A DNA stretch of 64,000 nucleotides from the NCBI GenBank assembly GCA_051294375.1, contig CM119265.1:15662963-15726962 (forward strand), written 5' to 3'. A program made the position numbers and the translations under genes. Source of the DNA: Paraspadella gotoi. Its lineage: Eukaryota > Animalia > Chaetognatha. How positions within the stretch are numbered: the stretch's first letter is position 1; each line of letters opens with the position of its first letter. Under the pieces are notes generated by a model. The model saw nothing but the letters and a program-made list of their open reading frames with translations, had not been told where the DNA came from and ran no database searches. Positions 1-15,021 of the stretch are shown here, in pieces.

Positions 1-100
1 TAGAAATATTTTTCTGCATATTTGAATGAAGAAAAAAAATTTGAGGCGATTGAATAAAAGTAAAAAAAAAAATTAATCGACGAAAGATGGGATGGTTTAC

Positions 101-159
101 GAGAAGAAGAAGAAGAAGAAGAAGAAGAAGAAGAAGAAGAAGAAGAAGAAGAAGAAGAA
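101..159. repeat. (GAA)n microsatellite
   Basis: Seen directly in the sequence. Confidence 0.97.
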
Positions 160-478
160 ATGGGGGTGGAAGGAGAAAAGAAAAGAAAATGGAGTGGGAG
201 AGAAAGTGGGAAAAGAAAAATGTAGAGATGCCCAAGTGGACGAAAAATAAATTGCTAGTGGAAACGAATGCGAATTATTCACGAACTTTTTTATTTTTAT
301 TAAGTTAGTAATATTTCTTTTAAAGAATGCTAGCGATGTCAATAGATTGCGTGTGTTCAGGCGCTGAGGGATAGAGAAAAGAGAACAAAAATGTGAATGA
401 AATGCGTAAACTCGAAATATTAAAATCGATGGCGAATAGATTCATTTCCATCAAAACGAGAATTATATTTGTTTACAG

Positions 479-525
479 ATTTACGACAGCGAGACGCCAA
501 GGACGGAGTCTCAGGATTGAGGAAG
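479..525 (+). CDS. Possible isolated exon of a gene entering from the left
   Basis: Good acceptor (tttgtttacag) followed by a GC-richer stretch. It reads IYDSETPRTESQD* as a terminal exon, or DLRQRDAKDGVSGLRK|gttatt as an internal one. No homology recognised. Confidence 0.25.
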
Positions 526-3200
526 GTTATTCTTTATATTCTTATCTTCCATGAGGACAAAAATTCGAAAAATTCCTAAAGCATCACATAACATTAACAC
601 GCTTTCAAGAAACGTGAGTTTAAAAAAAAATTTAAATATGATTACATTATTAGAGAAACTATGGAATTCAACAAAGAATGAAAATGACTGAAAAAAAAAA
701 AGAAAAGAAAAAGTCGATCAATCGAATGTTTTTTTGTCATTTCTGTCATTACAATTTATATTTTAAGTTTATGGATTTAATTAATGATGTTTCAAGTAGA
801 CAGGAAATAATGGCCACTGGCCAGTCTAAGATTTGCACCGAGAAATTTAAATAAAAAAAAAAATTATTTTAAAAACCGGTCTTGTTGAATGCTTGAGAAA
901 ATAAAACAGACCGTCAGACGTGAACTTTTTTTTTTCTTCATGAGAATAAAATTCAAAAAGCCCCAGGGTACAGGTTGACTCTTTGTTCATAAAAGAGAAA
1001 AGGTCCTAAACAGTTTTCATTAGCTCATTACACCTTAATTGATTTAATTTATTTTTTTTTTTTTACGATTTAATTTGAATATATCTCGACTTATTTGATC
1101 CAATTTTCACTCGAACTCGATGAGAAAAAAAAAAAAATTTCGTTTCTTCCCCGCAAATTAAAAAAAAAAAAAGTATTAAACTTCAGACCCGTCGGGAACG
1201 GAGTGCGAAAAATTTCTTCATTTTATTCATTTTCGGACGATGATGCGGTTTTCGTTGTACTCGGGAGGAATGGAATCTTAATTGAAACTAATGCTTCCAG
1301 CGAGAGCGAAACGTAACGGCTGCCAGCCGGTTCCAAGTCTTACGTCAGATCTAGAATTGCGCGCGCCGGAAAGAGTGTCATCGTTTTTTTTTTTTTTTTT
1401 TTTTTAAATTTTAATAAAATGCGTTTCCGTCGTTGACTGATGACGTCAAAAAAATTGAGACTTCAGGTTGGGTCGGTTTCGCGGGAGATATTCACGTTCG
1501 TAGAGTGTTACTAACTAAGGACCTCCAGTATTTCGTTTCCCGCTGTCTTTTTTTTTCCAGAACAGATTATCTCGAGATTAAAAAGGACGCGGGAATGAAA
1601 GTAATGGAGGATCAAAGAAAGTGGGCAAAACCGAAGAGCTCGCTAACCACGAAAAAGGATATTTTAATTATCTCACGAAATGGAAATGATGTTTTTGATA
1701 AACAAAACAAAACAAAAAAAAAATCGGTCGAAAAAAGAAACACACACACACACAAAAAAAAGTGAGAGAGAGTCACACGACGAGTGAGCCTTTCATCGAA
1801 ACGACCCAGCATTCCGTCTTCTTCAGAGTACAGTGCGATAATTTTAATCAAATTAGGGGCCAACGATAAGTTTGGCGAAGTTTAGAGACAGGTAAGACGC
1901 GGTTAATTTTATTATTGAGGTGAGTTTAATTTTCAAGAGCATTCCGCAGTTAATCACATTATTTCTCGTTAGCATTTTTACTCCTTATATAACAGTCTCA
2001 ACCGTCAGCGAAGCCGATTAAAAAAAACAATAAACAGTGAGAAAAAAAAACTCCGTAGAGAAGAACAGGGCGTCATCATTCGTAATTTTGTTAGTTTCGT
2101 TCACGAGCCCAGTACAGACTGGAAACCGTCGTTAAAATATTGCTTATCTAAGCGCTGGAAACAAACACTCAAATTTTGTCGCAGTTTTTTTTTTCTCCGC
2201 TTATCAACAAAGTTGGTGAGACGGTTCGATGAGTATTTTTATTATTTTTTTCCCGGACGAACGAGCGGTAAATAAAAAAATCCCGATTGCTCACGTTAAC
2301 TCGGCTGTGAAAGCAAAGATCCTGGGCTCAGCGTTTCGGGACCGGAGGAAGAGTCGAGTAGTCGACTCGCGATTGGTCGAGCTCGAAGTAAAAAAAAAAA
2401 AAAAAATATCTTCTCACAAAAATTATGTCTGTTTTTGTTCTCTTCATTAATCGAAACGATGATCCCAGGGCGAAGGCGACGCGACCGCTTTTCGTGTTTC
2501 GTTCCGAGACGGCTTTCGCTTTCAAGTCTCCGAATTACAACTTTTATTCATTTTCGATGAATTTAAGGTTCTTCTCCCGCGCTACTTTACAAAATTTAAT
2601 CGACTCAAATGAAGGAGAAAAGGCCCATAAAAACGTTTCTGAGATGCGGGACCCTCACACTTTTATCAAGGCGTAAAAGCTTAAGGCAGTTTAAGGTGAT
2701 TTACAATCGATCGTTTTTAGACAACAGTTACCACAACTCGAAAAAGGAAAAAAAGGGAAGTAACTTTCGCAGACACTCGTTACTTTCGTTGTTTCGAGAC
2801 CCGAGAAAAATTCCACCTCGGCCACGCAAACGCATTAACTCCTGAGCCAGGGTCTTTACTCCCCCCACGCCGATAAAGCGGCATTTGCTTAGAATTGTCG
2901 TCTCGCTCGCTCCAAGGATTAAACCCGCGCATCGAATCTAGAGGCTTCGGCGACAAAGGATTCGAGCTTCGACGCCACGAGTGGGGGGGGGGGGCAACCC
3001 GAGATAAGAGGAATCATTCCTGTTGGAAAAGGAAAGGCACATATACTTTGGCTCTCTCTCTCGGGAACACCGAACAATAAATATAAAAAAAAAATCGTTT
3101 TACCGCCAAATATATATTCTCGACAATCTCGACATATTTTTTTCGAATGGGAGTTCTGAAATTAGAGAGCTTAAAACTAAAAGAAAGGCGAAAGAATTAA

Positions 3201-3233
<33 letters not shown>

Positions 3234-4060
3234 CTCGTCGTCGTCGTCGTCTCCTCCCCCGCCTTTTTTCGAGGTTTCCCTTCCGAGTTCTTCGAAGCTG
3301 CGAGGAGTCCGGAGCAACGACGACTCATTCCAAGATCGTGTTTGACTTGGAAGCCGACGACCTCCGCCGAGAGCAACGCCGAGACGCTGTTCTCTAGTGG
3401 TATACAATTCACGAAAATCCAATTTATTTCGGGAATTTTTTTTTGAATTTTTTTTCCCTTTTTTTTCGTTCGAGGCTTCCATTTTTTAGGGGGGGGGCCT
3501 TAAAATTAGAGAGTTGCTATTTGGAAGCAAGCAAAGATTTATTTAGTTAAACTTAAAGCCTTTTTTCTCTAAAAAAAACATTATTTTTTGTTGCCGAGTC
3601 GTAAAATCGCCAATTCCTTGTAAAACACGCTTCGATCGTCTTTCGAATAAAGGTCACAATCGAGGAACGTCAATGATTTTTTTTTTTAGGCCAACTGGAG
3701 AAATTTTGCGATGGGAGAGAAAAAAAAAAGAGTTTTCGTTTGGCTCGACCGAGAGCGAGCGGCCAGAGTCTGGAAACGCCAACATTCGTATATCTGGCGA
3801 TTCGCTCGCCAGCCAACCACACGTCGTCGAAAATTCTAACCAAAAACGGAAGGAGTCTGTTTACTTTGAAAAAAAAAAAAAAAGGCAACAGAGAGGAAGA
3901 AGAGCGAATGAAAACATTGCGGTGAAATTAGGGATTCTAGGAGAATGATTCCAAGGAATTGTTTTCGGATTATTGTTTTTCTTTTTTTTTATTAAAAAGG
4001 ACAAAACGGGAATTGTAATTTGAAAAAAACGAAATGCATCAAAATTTAACATATCTTTCG

Positions 4061-5852
4061 CTAGTTGCTGCTGACCGTGGACTGTCTGACTGAGGTCGCT
4101 TCTCTCGCCGCCTTCATGTCGTCCAACTTGAAAAGGGCCAGACTTTTTCCGTCTTTGATGATCGCCTGGACTATTCGTTTCTTTATCAAATACGATTCGC
4201 GTTCCTGCGAATTGAGTTGAGGGAAATTCCTTGGAATTATATATTAAAAATATTTTGATACATGTATAATTTTCTGCTTTGTTTTGCTATTTTCAGTCAA
4301 CACAATTTGTTTTGTTTCTCAATAAAAATTTAAGCGTTAAGTTTTTCAGTCAGTCATTTGTAAATTTTTAAAAATTCATATGAAATTGATAATTGTTTAA
4401 AAATAAAAATAAAAATATAATCTAAAACTGAATTATAAGAATAAAAAATCCGTTTTATAAAAGATCTTCGAATTCTACCAGGTTTGTAAAATTAGTATCA
4501 CATTTTATAATTTCTCTCGTTAAACTTTGACTTCAGTTTTACAGAGGCCTTGGAATTACAAAAAAATAAACAACTAAGAGCAAATTATTGATATTGTAAA
4601 CCAAAAACAACGAAATAAATTCGTCTAAATGCCAACTAGAGATATTGGACGATGTCATTTCTTCATCATAAATCCAGAGACTTTAAGGCTTAAATGTACT
4701 AAAATACCAACACTGTAGCTACGGCTACAGTGTCTTCAATAAACCAACGAGTTAAGATTACGATTGGTCAGGGTTTCATTTACTTCCAATGCTTCTTGTT
4801 GCGCTTTTTTTTCACGCTGAATCTCTTTCACACGATCCAAACAGGCCATTGTAAACATTCTGAACTCTTTAAAATCAAGCTCAGAATCGCCTGCAAAAAA
4901 AAAAAAAAAAAAAAAAGGGCTAATAGTAACTTTTAACTTTTGGAGTTAATTTCACTCATGTGAAATTGAAGTATACTTTTATATTTTCTCACCGGAAATA
5001 TCAAACTCTCCAAAAATCCGCTTTACGTGTTGTAAATTAAACCCAAACAGAAATCCAAAATATATGAATTCGTGAATAGAAACACTGACGAAGACTGAAT
5101 GGTTAGATTGAATAGAACAACAAAAGTTTAAGTTTAAGTTCGTACCTGTTTGATCTATCTACGTCAATAAGATCGAAAATATTTCGACAGTGACGATACA
5201 AGAAATGTTTTTCTTCATTGTCCTTCAATGACACAAAATAAAATATAAATTATTTTCTTATGCTCCCTATATTATTTTTAACTAATTACACTAATTAGTA
5301 ATTACCTTAAAAGCCAAGCAGCAGGCAATGAGGAGATAAAATTCATCAAATTCTATGGATGCAGAGCTGTCAACGTCGAATATGTCAAAAATACGATAAA
5401 TCTGATGAAAAACAGAATGACCATCGGCTCGTAACTCACATAATTTTGATAACTTTTATATCAAATTAATCTTAACTTGAATATATTTTAGTCAATAACC
5501 TCATGTTGAGAAAACTCCGAGATCATTGCCATACAACTGACAAACTGGATATCATCGAGGCTTTTTTTTCCTTGGATGTCCATCAGGGAGTAGTAGTAGT
5601 GCAGAATATTGACTTGCTTCATCGTTAAAAGAGAATAGTTTCTGGAAAAACAAATGAACACCGTCGAATTTTTCAACTCAGCTGAGCGTTTGCGTATAGA
5701 CTTAACGGAAATAAATATTATACCTATCCAGATGCAAATAATATAATATGCCTGGTTTTAGGGAAGTAGTAAGCCTTCGCTGACCGTAGATCAAAATCGT
5801 TTTGAGTGACTGAAGCGATTATGTACCAGTGGATAGTGATAAGTCGCGACAT
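4061..5852 (-). CDS. EFCAB9: EF-hand calcium-binding domain-containing protein 9-like (CatSper-associated Ca2+ sensor family), about 244 aa, 7-8 exons
   Basis: Exons with consistent GT-AG phases: 5724-5774, 5500-5641, 5306-5401, 5146-5222, 4993-5084, 4784-4890, 4061-4204 (stop TAG 4061-4063). They translate to LKPGILYYLHLDRNYSLLTMKQVNILHYYYSLMDIQGKKSLDDIQF...IYRIFDIFDVDSSASIEFDEFYLLIACCLAFKDNEEKHFLYRHCRNIFDLIDVDRSNSVSIHEF..FGFLF..KRIFGEFDISGDSELDFKEFRMFTMACLD. This is colinear with my recollection of vertebrate EFCAB9 (YLYLDKIYCLLS, FMYRHSRPVFDLLD, FDITGDNRLNYQEF). Three canonical-looking EF loops and one degenerate loop. The first exon (ATG 5852-5827) is tentative. Confidence 0.88.
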
Positions 5853-8800
5853 TGGACAAACGGTGTTTAAATTTCAGAAACCTGAAAATAATTAAGTCGC
5901 TTCTCTTCTTCTTTCTTCTTTTTGCTTTTTGCGTTACCCATTTCGCTGAAATTAAACGGTAAACTGTCGTGGAAAGAGCACGATTTTACGGTTTTCAAAT
6001 TAAATACAATTAATATTTTAACTAGTAGAAAATCGTGGGAAAGCAATTGTCTAAACTGCAAGAACTCGGCATTTTGAATAGCTTGTCCTCATCCCGTAAT
6101 CTAAGAAGAGCTCCGATTAAATCCCTCTAAGAAATTTTTGGATTTCTTCAATTTTCGTCTCACTCACGCACCCTCCCTCTCTTCCCATTCATCGGTCTAC
6201 CTCAAATCTCCCCCCCCCCCAATTGGGCGATCGAAAGGGAAAAGGGCATCGTAGTCGTAGAAGCTCGCGCTTTGAAAATTCGCGCGATGAAAAATCAAAA
6301 ATAGGGATCGCGTCGGCCGCATGATCTAATCCGAATCTTCTCCTCAGCGGGTCTTGACTCTGGATGGTTTTAAGCCCTCGGTTTCTTACGTATCAGCGCG
6401 TAAACTTTTTTTTTATTTTGATAAAATCAGTGGATAAATTTTCAGAAATTCGAAATCGACGAGGCGTCCATCTTTGCTGGTGAGTGTTATCTGTTTACTA
6501 ATTGCGTAAATTCTTTTACTGCTCGATGTTTTGGTATTTTGTTTTGATTTCTCTTCGGCGAAATCAAAATATATTTGGGCGTCAAAATACAGAATCGACT
6601 CTGAATCTTCGCTAAACGTTGAAGAAGCCGGTTGGTTTAAACTAGCGAAACAAGCGACCAATAGAAAGCCGAGTTCAGATTCCGACTCGACGTCATGAAC
6701 GGCTCTTTTTGTTATTTCCGGGTTCTCGGGAGATACGTATTTGCGCGAGAAATGGTGGTTTTTCAACCTCCACGTTCTCTATCGGTAAAAAGAAACATAC
6801 GGATCGATCAATGCTCGATTACGAGCCCAGTTATATTCGGGTTATCTTTTAAATTTTTGAGGATCTGTTTATCACGTATAAAAGGTTTTGGTACGAACAT
6901 TGGCCGCCTTTGAAACGCTTTTTCTGTCACAAGCTCAAGTCGCTTCGCTCAATTGCGATCGAATTGAAAAGGAAAAAAAAAGTCTTATGTCTCGATGAGA
7001 GATCTCATTAGCATATCTTCTCGGTTGGACAACGACCTTCATCGCTTCAATGAGAAAAGCGAAGGGGAAAAATTCACGGCGGAAGCGGAGTAGGGTGAGG
7101 CTAAAGTTAGGGGAGGTGGAAGAGAAAGTGAGGAATGAAGAGGTGAGGTCGAAGAAGTGAGTTTGAACTCGATTCTGGAAGTGGATGATAGTGAAAGGCG
7201 TATGTTCGATGAGACATTTGGACAAAGAGGTTTAAAAGAATAGTTAGATGAGACCAAGTTAGAATATTTCATAGTTTCCGTTTTAATCGAATATGAAGAT
7301 CTTCAGCACAAATCACAACGCGCGACAAAGTATACTGAGTCTACTAAGTCTAATACTAAGAGAGGTCAAAATGGACTAATATGACGAAGTGGTCTTTTTA
7401 AAAGTTGATGAGACTAAAACTTTAAATGTAAATAAAGTTCTCATGTACAAACGAGTTAAAAATTTAAAGTTATCATGAAAGTGAGAAGATTAAACTAAAC
7501 CCAGAGTCACTAGTGGTGATTTGGGAGAATTTGTTAGACGGCCAGCTACAGTGTGAGTTTGGAAAGCGAATTGGCCCCTGGAAAAGGGACTTTATGATGG
7601 TACAGAAACAATTATTGACAATTTTTGTGACTGGAATTGGTTAAATTGATTGTCCTCCTGACTTCATTTAACTAGGTCAACTTTGATTTTATGTCACAAA
7701 ACTGTTTTCGTCCTTCTCAACCTTACGCATGATTCAAATACGTAATTCATAAACATTTAATCGATAAAATCTTCGTACCTGCCACGATAACCCTCTGATG
7801 CCCCCACCCCCCAGCATTAAACTCACCTCCATCCATTAACGAAACTCGATCGCGTTTTTCTTCAGCTTGGATTATTTTACTCGCCCTCCCCCCCCCTCTG
7901 AGGCCGGAGCCGTAAAATTCGGCACGGACGATGATGACGATGACGACGATTATGAAGACGACGACGAAAGTGAGAGAAAAAGGACGACGAAGACAAAATC
8001 CAAAAACAAAAAACGACGACAAAGAGGAAACGAACCAAAAAAGTGAGAGTAAGACGACCATGACGACGACGACGACGACGAAGACTAAATTAAAAAACAA
8101 AAAGCTAAGATGACGACGACCACGACAACGAACCTCGGAAAAAAAAACATTGAGGTCTGGCCAACTCGATTATCGTCGTGGCCATTAAAACGGATTTCGT
8201 GGCGACAAACAAATCCGAACCGCGCGGGAGTGTTACCTATTTCGATTGTTAAACCCGACGCCACGCCCCCTGGCCTCACTCGGGCCTCCGTCCGTTTTCT
8301 CATTACGAGCTACGAAGAAAGGACCCAGCGGAAGAAATTCTTATTTCCGACCACCATTTCTACAAATTAGCCAATGAGATAAAGGCATCTGGGTTGGATT
8401 TTTAATTTTTATCGGTAGAAATTTCTGTGTTGCAACACCCATACAGGATTTCATAAGACCTAACAATGGAAAAGCCTTATTTTGACTCAATATTCCATAT
8501 ATACAATTTAAAAAAAAAAATTCAGAAATCGCTTCCCCCATAAAAAAAAAAAAAAAAACCCACATAAAAGATAAAGATTCTATTCTTTGATTGTTGTTCC
8601 ATCTTCGAGGCGAGAGGAATTTCCAGGGTGGTCGTTCCTTGTGAACCCGACTTCCTTGTTTGCGTTGGGTTCGGACGGGGCTCTCGAGGCGGTGCTCAGC
8701 GAGGCGAGGAAGTCATTATTTTTTTTTGGTTCTGGTTGGAAAGCGAAAAGGGCAAACGACTTCGCTCCAGATCGAATATCGGGGAGAATGCGATCGGTAG

Positions 8801-10461
8801 GGCGAGATTGCATGGAGGTTTAGAGGGGACGACGAAAATGTAGAGAGGGAAAGGGGAGTCCTAAAAATTCTTCTCTTTTGGGCAATGAGCAGTTGGGAAT
8901 GTAATCTTTTTTTTTCAGATCGTGACTACTATATGTTAGACAAAGAACCTGAAATCTTTTGTTTTTAACCGTAATATGAATTCTTCTCTGAACCGAGGCG
9001 GATTAAAATAAACTCTAACATTGCGCAGCAAACGATTTGGTTTCCGCCTTACCTTTATTTTTATACGTTTAAACTTAATAACTTAATAAACATATAATAT
9101 TAAGAAGCCACTCACTTAACACCTGGTCATATAATCAAATAGCCAAGAGTTTTGACTACATGCATCAGTAATTATTATTGGTACGACTACGACGACCGCC
9201 AGGAGGACGACGAGAAAGGCGGCAAATTCCACACGCGGTTTTCGTTAATAAAATGTTTCCGAAATCCGAGATGAAAATCAAACCATTCCAAAAATGTGGT
9301 TTTTTTTTATTCCCGACCGAGTATTTCGTAAAGAAAAACCCGCTATAATAAATTCTTAATGATTTTAATTATCGCCATCGTCGTCGTTATGGCGAGATAG
9401 AACTCCTTAGGTTTCTTTCATCTATTCTATTGTCTGTTTTTTTAGTCGTCGTCGTCGTGGTCGTCATGTCGTCGTCGTCGTCGTCGTCTTCTTCTTTGAT
9501 ATTGATTTCTTCCGGAAGTGATGCAGAGAAAAGGAATCTAGATAATTCGTTTGACGTCATACTCGTCGTAGCCATGAGGCGATCGTGTCGATATTTGATG
9601 CGTCGTCGACTTCTTCGTTCGCGTAATCGTCGTCGTCTTTGTCGTCGTCGTCTCTGTCGTCGTCGTCGTCGTCGTCTCCTTTCTAAAGAAAGCGTATAAT
9701 TCGTCGCCCTTTTCTCTCACTCGTCGCGTTCCAAAGATTCTTCGCCTGTTTGCGGTTCAACGTTTCTGCCGCTAACGTTTATGTTCAAAATTTAAATACT
9801 TCTCGACTCGTCAGAAGAGACATTTTATATAAATTAACCGAAAAGAGATTGTTAATAATTTAGTATTTACTAACTTTCCCCGTGAATCATTTATACATTA
9901 TATTGATAATAAATTTCTTTCGTGTTTGAGACTATTTTTGGCTTCCGCTCAAGGCCGCCGTCACTTGTGTCGCAGATAAGGATATCCTTTGACGCAAGGA
10001 TTGGGATCCAGACCGCGCCGATGCCACGGTTTCACTTTTCCGTAGTCCTCGTACGTGGTGGCGCCCTAGAGCGACGGGAAAAGGTCTTTTTAAAACCCCC
10101 ACGTTAACAGCGTCGGATTATGAATTGATTTTTAAAGAAATATCAAATAAAAGTGAAAAGAATTTTCTCTAACCGTCTGAGTTGTTCGCAGAACCCAATT
10201 CATTCCGAGAACGTTTTTGGCAAAGTCCGGAGTCTTTTGCTGTTCGCGGGACAAAATGGAATAAGACATTATGAATGCCCTCTCAATCTTCATTGCAACG
10301 TTTGACGGCAACGACCAAACGGAGTAATACTGAAAGCTTTTTCGTTCCGCTAAGATTAAGAATCTTTGTTTTTTGCTACGAAACTCGAAGATAAAATCAA
10401 AGAAGCTTTTGATGAAAGAGCTAATCAAAAACTGATTCTGATATTCATGAGCAATAACTAA

Positions 10462-10590
<129 letters not shown>

Positions 10591-11193
10591 TTTTTATTAT
10601 TTTCATTGCCATTCCCCTCTGGCGGGAGGGAAAGTTCGTTAGCGGAAATTAACAACAGAACAAAAACAAAAGAAACCGAAAACTAGGATCGAATTAAATG
10701 GAAAATAGTACCCGAGGCAAACAAGCGTGTTTCGCGTTATTAATTCATACACTCCGGATGCCTTTTCAAATTCTCCAACCTCGGAGCTTCGAAAACCTCG
10801 CTCCCCATAGAACCTCCCTTTTTCCCCAGATCGGCTTTTCCACCCTCTCGAATCGAGAACGGGTACGAGCCGTTCGAGGATTATTGTTTCCTCTCGAAAG
10901 AGAGAAAAAAACAAATCTTCATCGTAGATGCTTACGGACCAAAACGTATAACTTATGGGAAAGAAATCCCTCCCATCGATTACTAAATCGCGCGTAAACG
11001 TTAGTAAAATTTATATTATATAGCGACGTAAACGACCCTCGTCCGTCGATGCTAATTGTCAGTGGAGAATCGTAACGACGGCGAATGAAGCCACCCAAAA
11101 TTCCGAGAATCGAATATATGATTTTCGACTTTTGTTTATCTTTGTCGTTTTTGGAATCAGCTGGACCATGGGATTTGGGCATTTCCTTGGCTC

Positions 11194-12210
<1,017 letters not shown>

Positions 12211-12333
12211 GTCCAGGGGACGCTTGGGGACGGTGCCGAGCGGCCCGTCTACCGTCCTGGCAGATAGAATTAATGAATGAATGAATGAATAAATGAATGA
12301 ATGAATGAATGAATGAAAGAATAAATGAATAAA

Positions 12334-12385
<52 letters not shown>

Positions 12386-12735
12386 GAGATAGAAAGGAGA
12401 AAGGTAATCGAGTTAGAATCGAATAAAGAGAAATGAGAAAAGAGGAAACTAAGTTTCTTATCAATTAATTGGTAGAGAAAAAGTGATAGAAGAAAAAGAA
12501 AAAGGAGATCGGGGTGCGAAAATTTTAAAAAAAGTAGGAAGGCTTTTTCGGTCTGCGAAAACAGCGAAGGGCGAATGGATAAATGCAAATTGGATTAAAT
12601 GATAACGTTTTGGCTACAGGACCGGCAATTTCGAAAATTGGCGGAAGTGTGCCGCTGGGCGAGGGGGGTTGGAGGGAGGGACCCAAAGAGAGAGAGGGAA
12701 AGAGATAGAGAAAGAGAAAGAGAAGAAAGAGAGGA

Positions 12736-12780
<45 letters not shown>

Positions 12781-14959
12781 CCCTAATCCAAAAACCTAAT
12801 AAGAAATTTCCCGAGGGACTTCGGAGGGTGGGTTTCGACATGGAGAAAAGCGGTGGTAGGGAAAGTGGAGGTTCACTGGGCCTGATGCACCGAGGGAGCA
12901 GAACGTGGGAGTAAAGGGTAATAATTTACGTCTTTACGGTTGACATATTGAATCGAAAAAGAGAGAATCGAAGACCTTTTCTCTCCAATCGACAAGCCCT
13001 GAACTGGGACGAATGGAGAGGAGATAAACAGAATTGCAAAAACACCAAAAGGTAGAGATGGAAACGAGTGGAATTGTCGTGAGCGACATCAGCGAAAGCT
13101 CCGTCGAGATGTCGCTGACGTCGGGTAGGACGCATTAAAACGTCGCCCACCGACTAAGATAAACAAAAGCCTTGTGGAATAAAAAAAACAACAAAAGAAC
13201 GCTCTTGATGTTGATTTTAACTGAGGCGGCGTCGCGAGGGGAATAAAAATAAAGAGTTCATTCCATTTCGATGGAACGAAACGCGAACCGTGACGTCACA
13301 TCACGTAAAACTTGGAGCTCGTTTCATTGTAACTAAAGGACAATAGATTGTACGCTATAGACTAAAGACGCCATGTTCATTCCTTCGTCATCGATCGTGC
13401 AACGAACGAACGAGTATTTGAGGACCATTTATAATTAATTGAATTCCTTTACCGAAGACGACGACGACGACGACAGCCACGGAAAAATCGACATCAACAG
13501 AGGCAATTTAATTATAGCTCGTCCTCTTTTTCCTATACAGGGAGGTCCAGCTCTTATGGGACTAACTTCAAGTGCTTACAGCACAATAACATAAGAAGAA
13601 AAAAGGGTCTATATTTAGAAACTAGGTTAAATTTTCTTTTGATTGATATTAAAAACGTCTGGAAAATCCTACAGCAACTACTGTTAATGATGCTTTTCGC
13701 ATAATTAATAATATTAATAATAAAATTGATAATATGTCGAAATTCTTCTAATTGATGAACATGTAGGATACAGAAGCAGAATGTCCCACGCATCCCCTCA
13801 GGAAGTGTCGACCTTCTGACATCAAAAATAGTGACAGAAATGACTGCATTCCCAACGGGCGCGGGTCCCGAAAGAACTTAGAGAAGGTCATGTGAATCTT
13901 TTTAATTGTTTTGTCATTACAACTTTTTATAAATGTACCAATTTTCATTCAATTTTTTTTTTTTTTAATTCACCCGTCCAAACGATTTTTTTAAAGTTAG
14001 ACCCAAAAGAGCTGGACCTCCCTGTACAATTTCCAGTCAGGTGACCATCGGTAAAGATGGCGCAAAGACGACGTCGACGACGACGACGAAAACCTCCTTC
14101 GCCAGAGACGCAAATCTAATCGTGTAAAATCTTCGTCTCCGTCGCCTTCGATCGAATGGAGGGCGTGACGTGGACAATGGGCACACGGGGCACTTGGGCA
14201 GTGCCCCATGTGCCCCATGTCACCAAAACATCGGCAGCTTCAGGCGACAATCAATTAAATTTTAACGCACGTTACGTCAAATATATAAATGAACCACACC
14301 AAAACTGATCGCGTTTGACGGATAATCGAATTCGTTATGAATTCAACTGGATTCCGTACAACAAAAGTCCCCGAAGCGACGTCGCCGTCACAGGATTCGT
14401 CCGCACGCGCTATTGACTCAGATTCTTTATCTTTGCGAGCGTGTGGATCAATTCTTTTTTTATTTAACGATTTCCGTTGCCCCTTCAGCGCCTAGAACAA
14501 GCGCGACTTAAGTTCTTAACAAGTCGTTCTCCCTCTTTCGAAATTCCGTTCGTTTAAAACGCCGCGTCGTTGTCATCGTCGTCGTCTTCTCGTCAATATC
14601 CACCTGTCGGCCGCGTCATTAAGCGTCATTCAGCGTCTCTCAACGTCAACGACGTTAGACTCGATGATGCCTTCGACGCGCCGTTTCGATCGCTCGATTC
14701 TCGCGAGAGAGACAAAAGGGAAAACCGTCGTTACTACGGCAAAGACGACGTCGAGGCATTTAATGGCCAATAAACTACTTTTTTTCTTTCTTTAAAGGGA
14801 CGCTATTGACTATTGATTTCCGCTAAGTAAAGGTTTGCAGAAAAAATTGCATGTAAACACGAATACATCGTTTTAATTTTTAAAAGAAAAAAAAATATAT
14901 TCGCTCGTGCATGACAGGTAGTAATTGGCCGTGAAATTAATGCATGCTGTCACAACTGT

Positions 14960-15004
<45 letters not shown>

Positions 15005-15021
15005 GCTTTCTCTCTCTCTCT

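Noticed and set aside
7300-7700. Compositionally distinct patch, possible transposon fragment or exon
   Set aside because: No ORF, terminal repeat or second copy in the window supports a call.
13290-14240. Possible plus-strand exons (about 13541, 13768-13887, 14001) downstream of a TGACGTCA site
   Set aside because: Splice sites are plausible, but there is no unique frame or recognisable product, and CRE-like octamers are common in this CpG-rich DNA.
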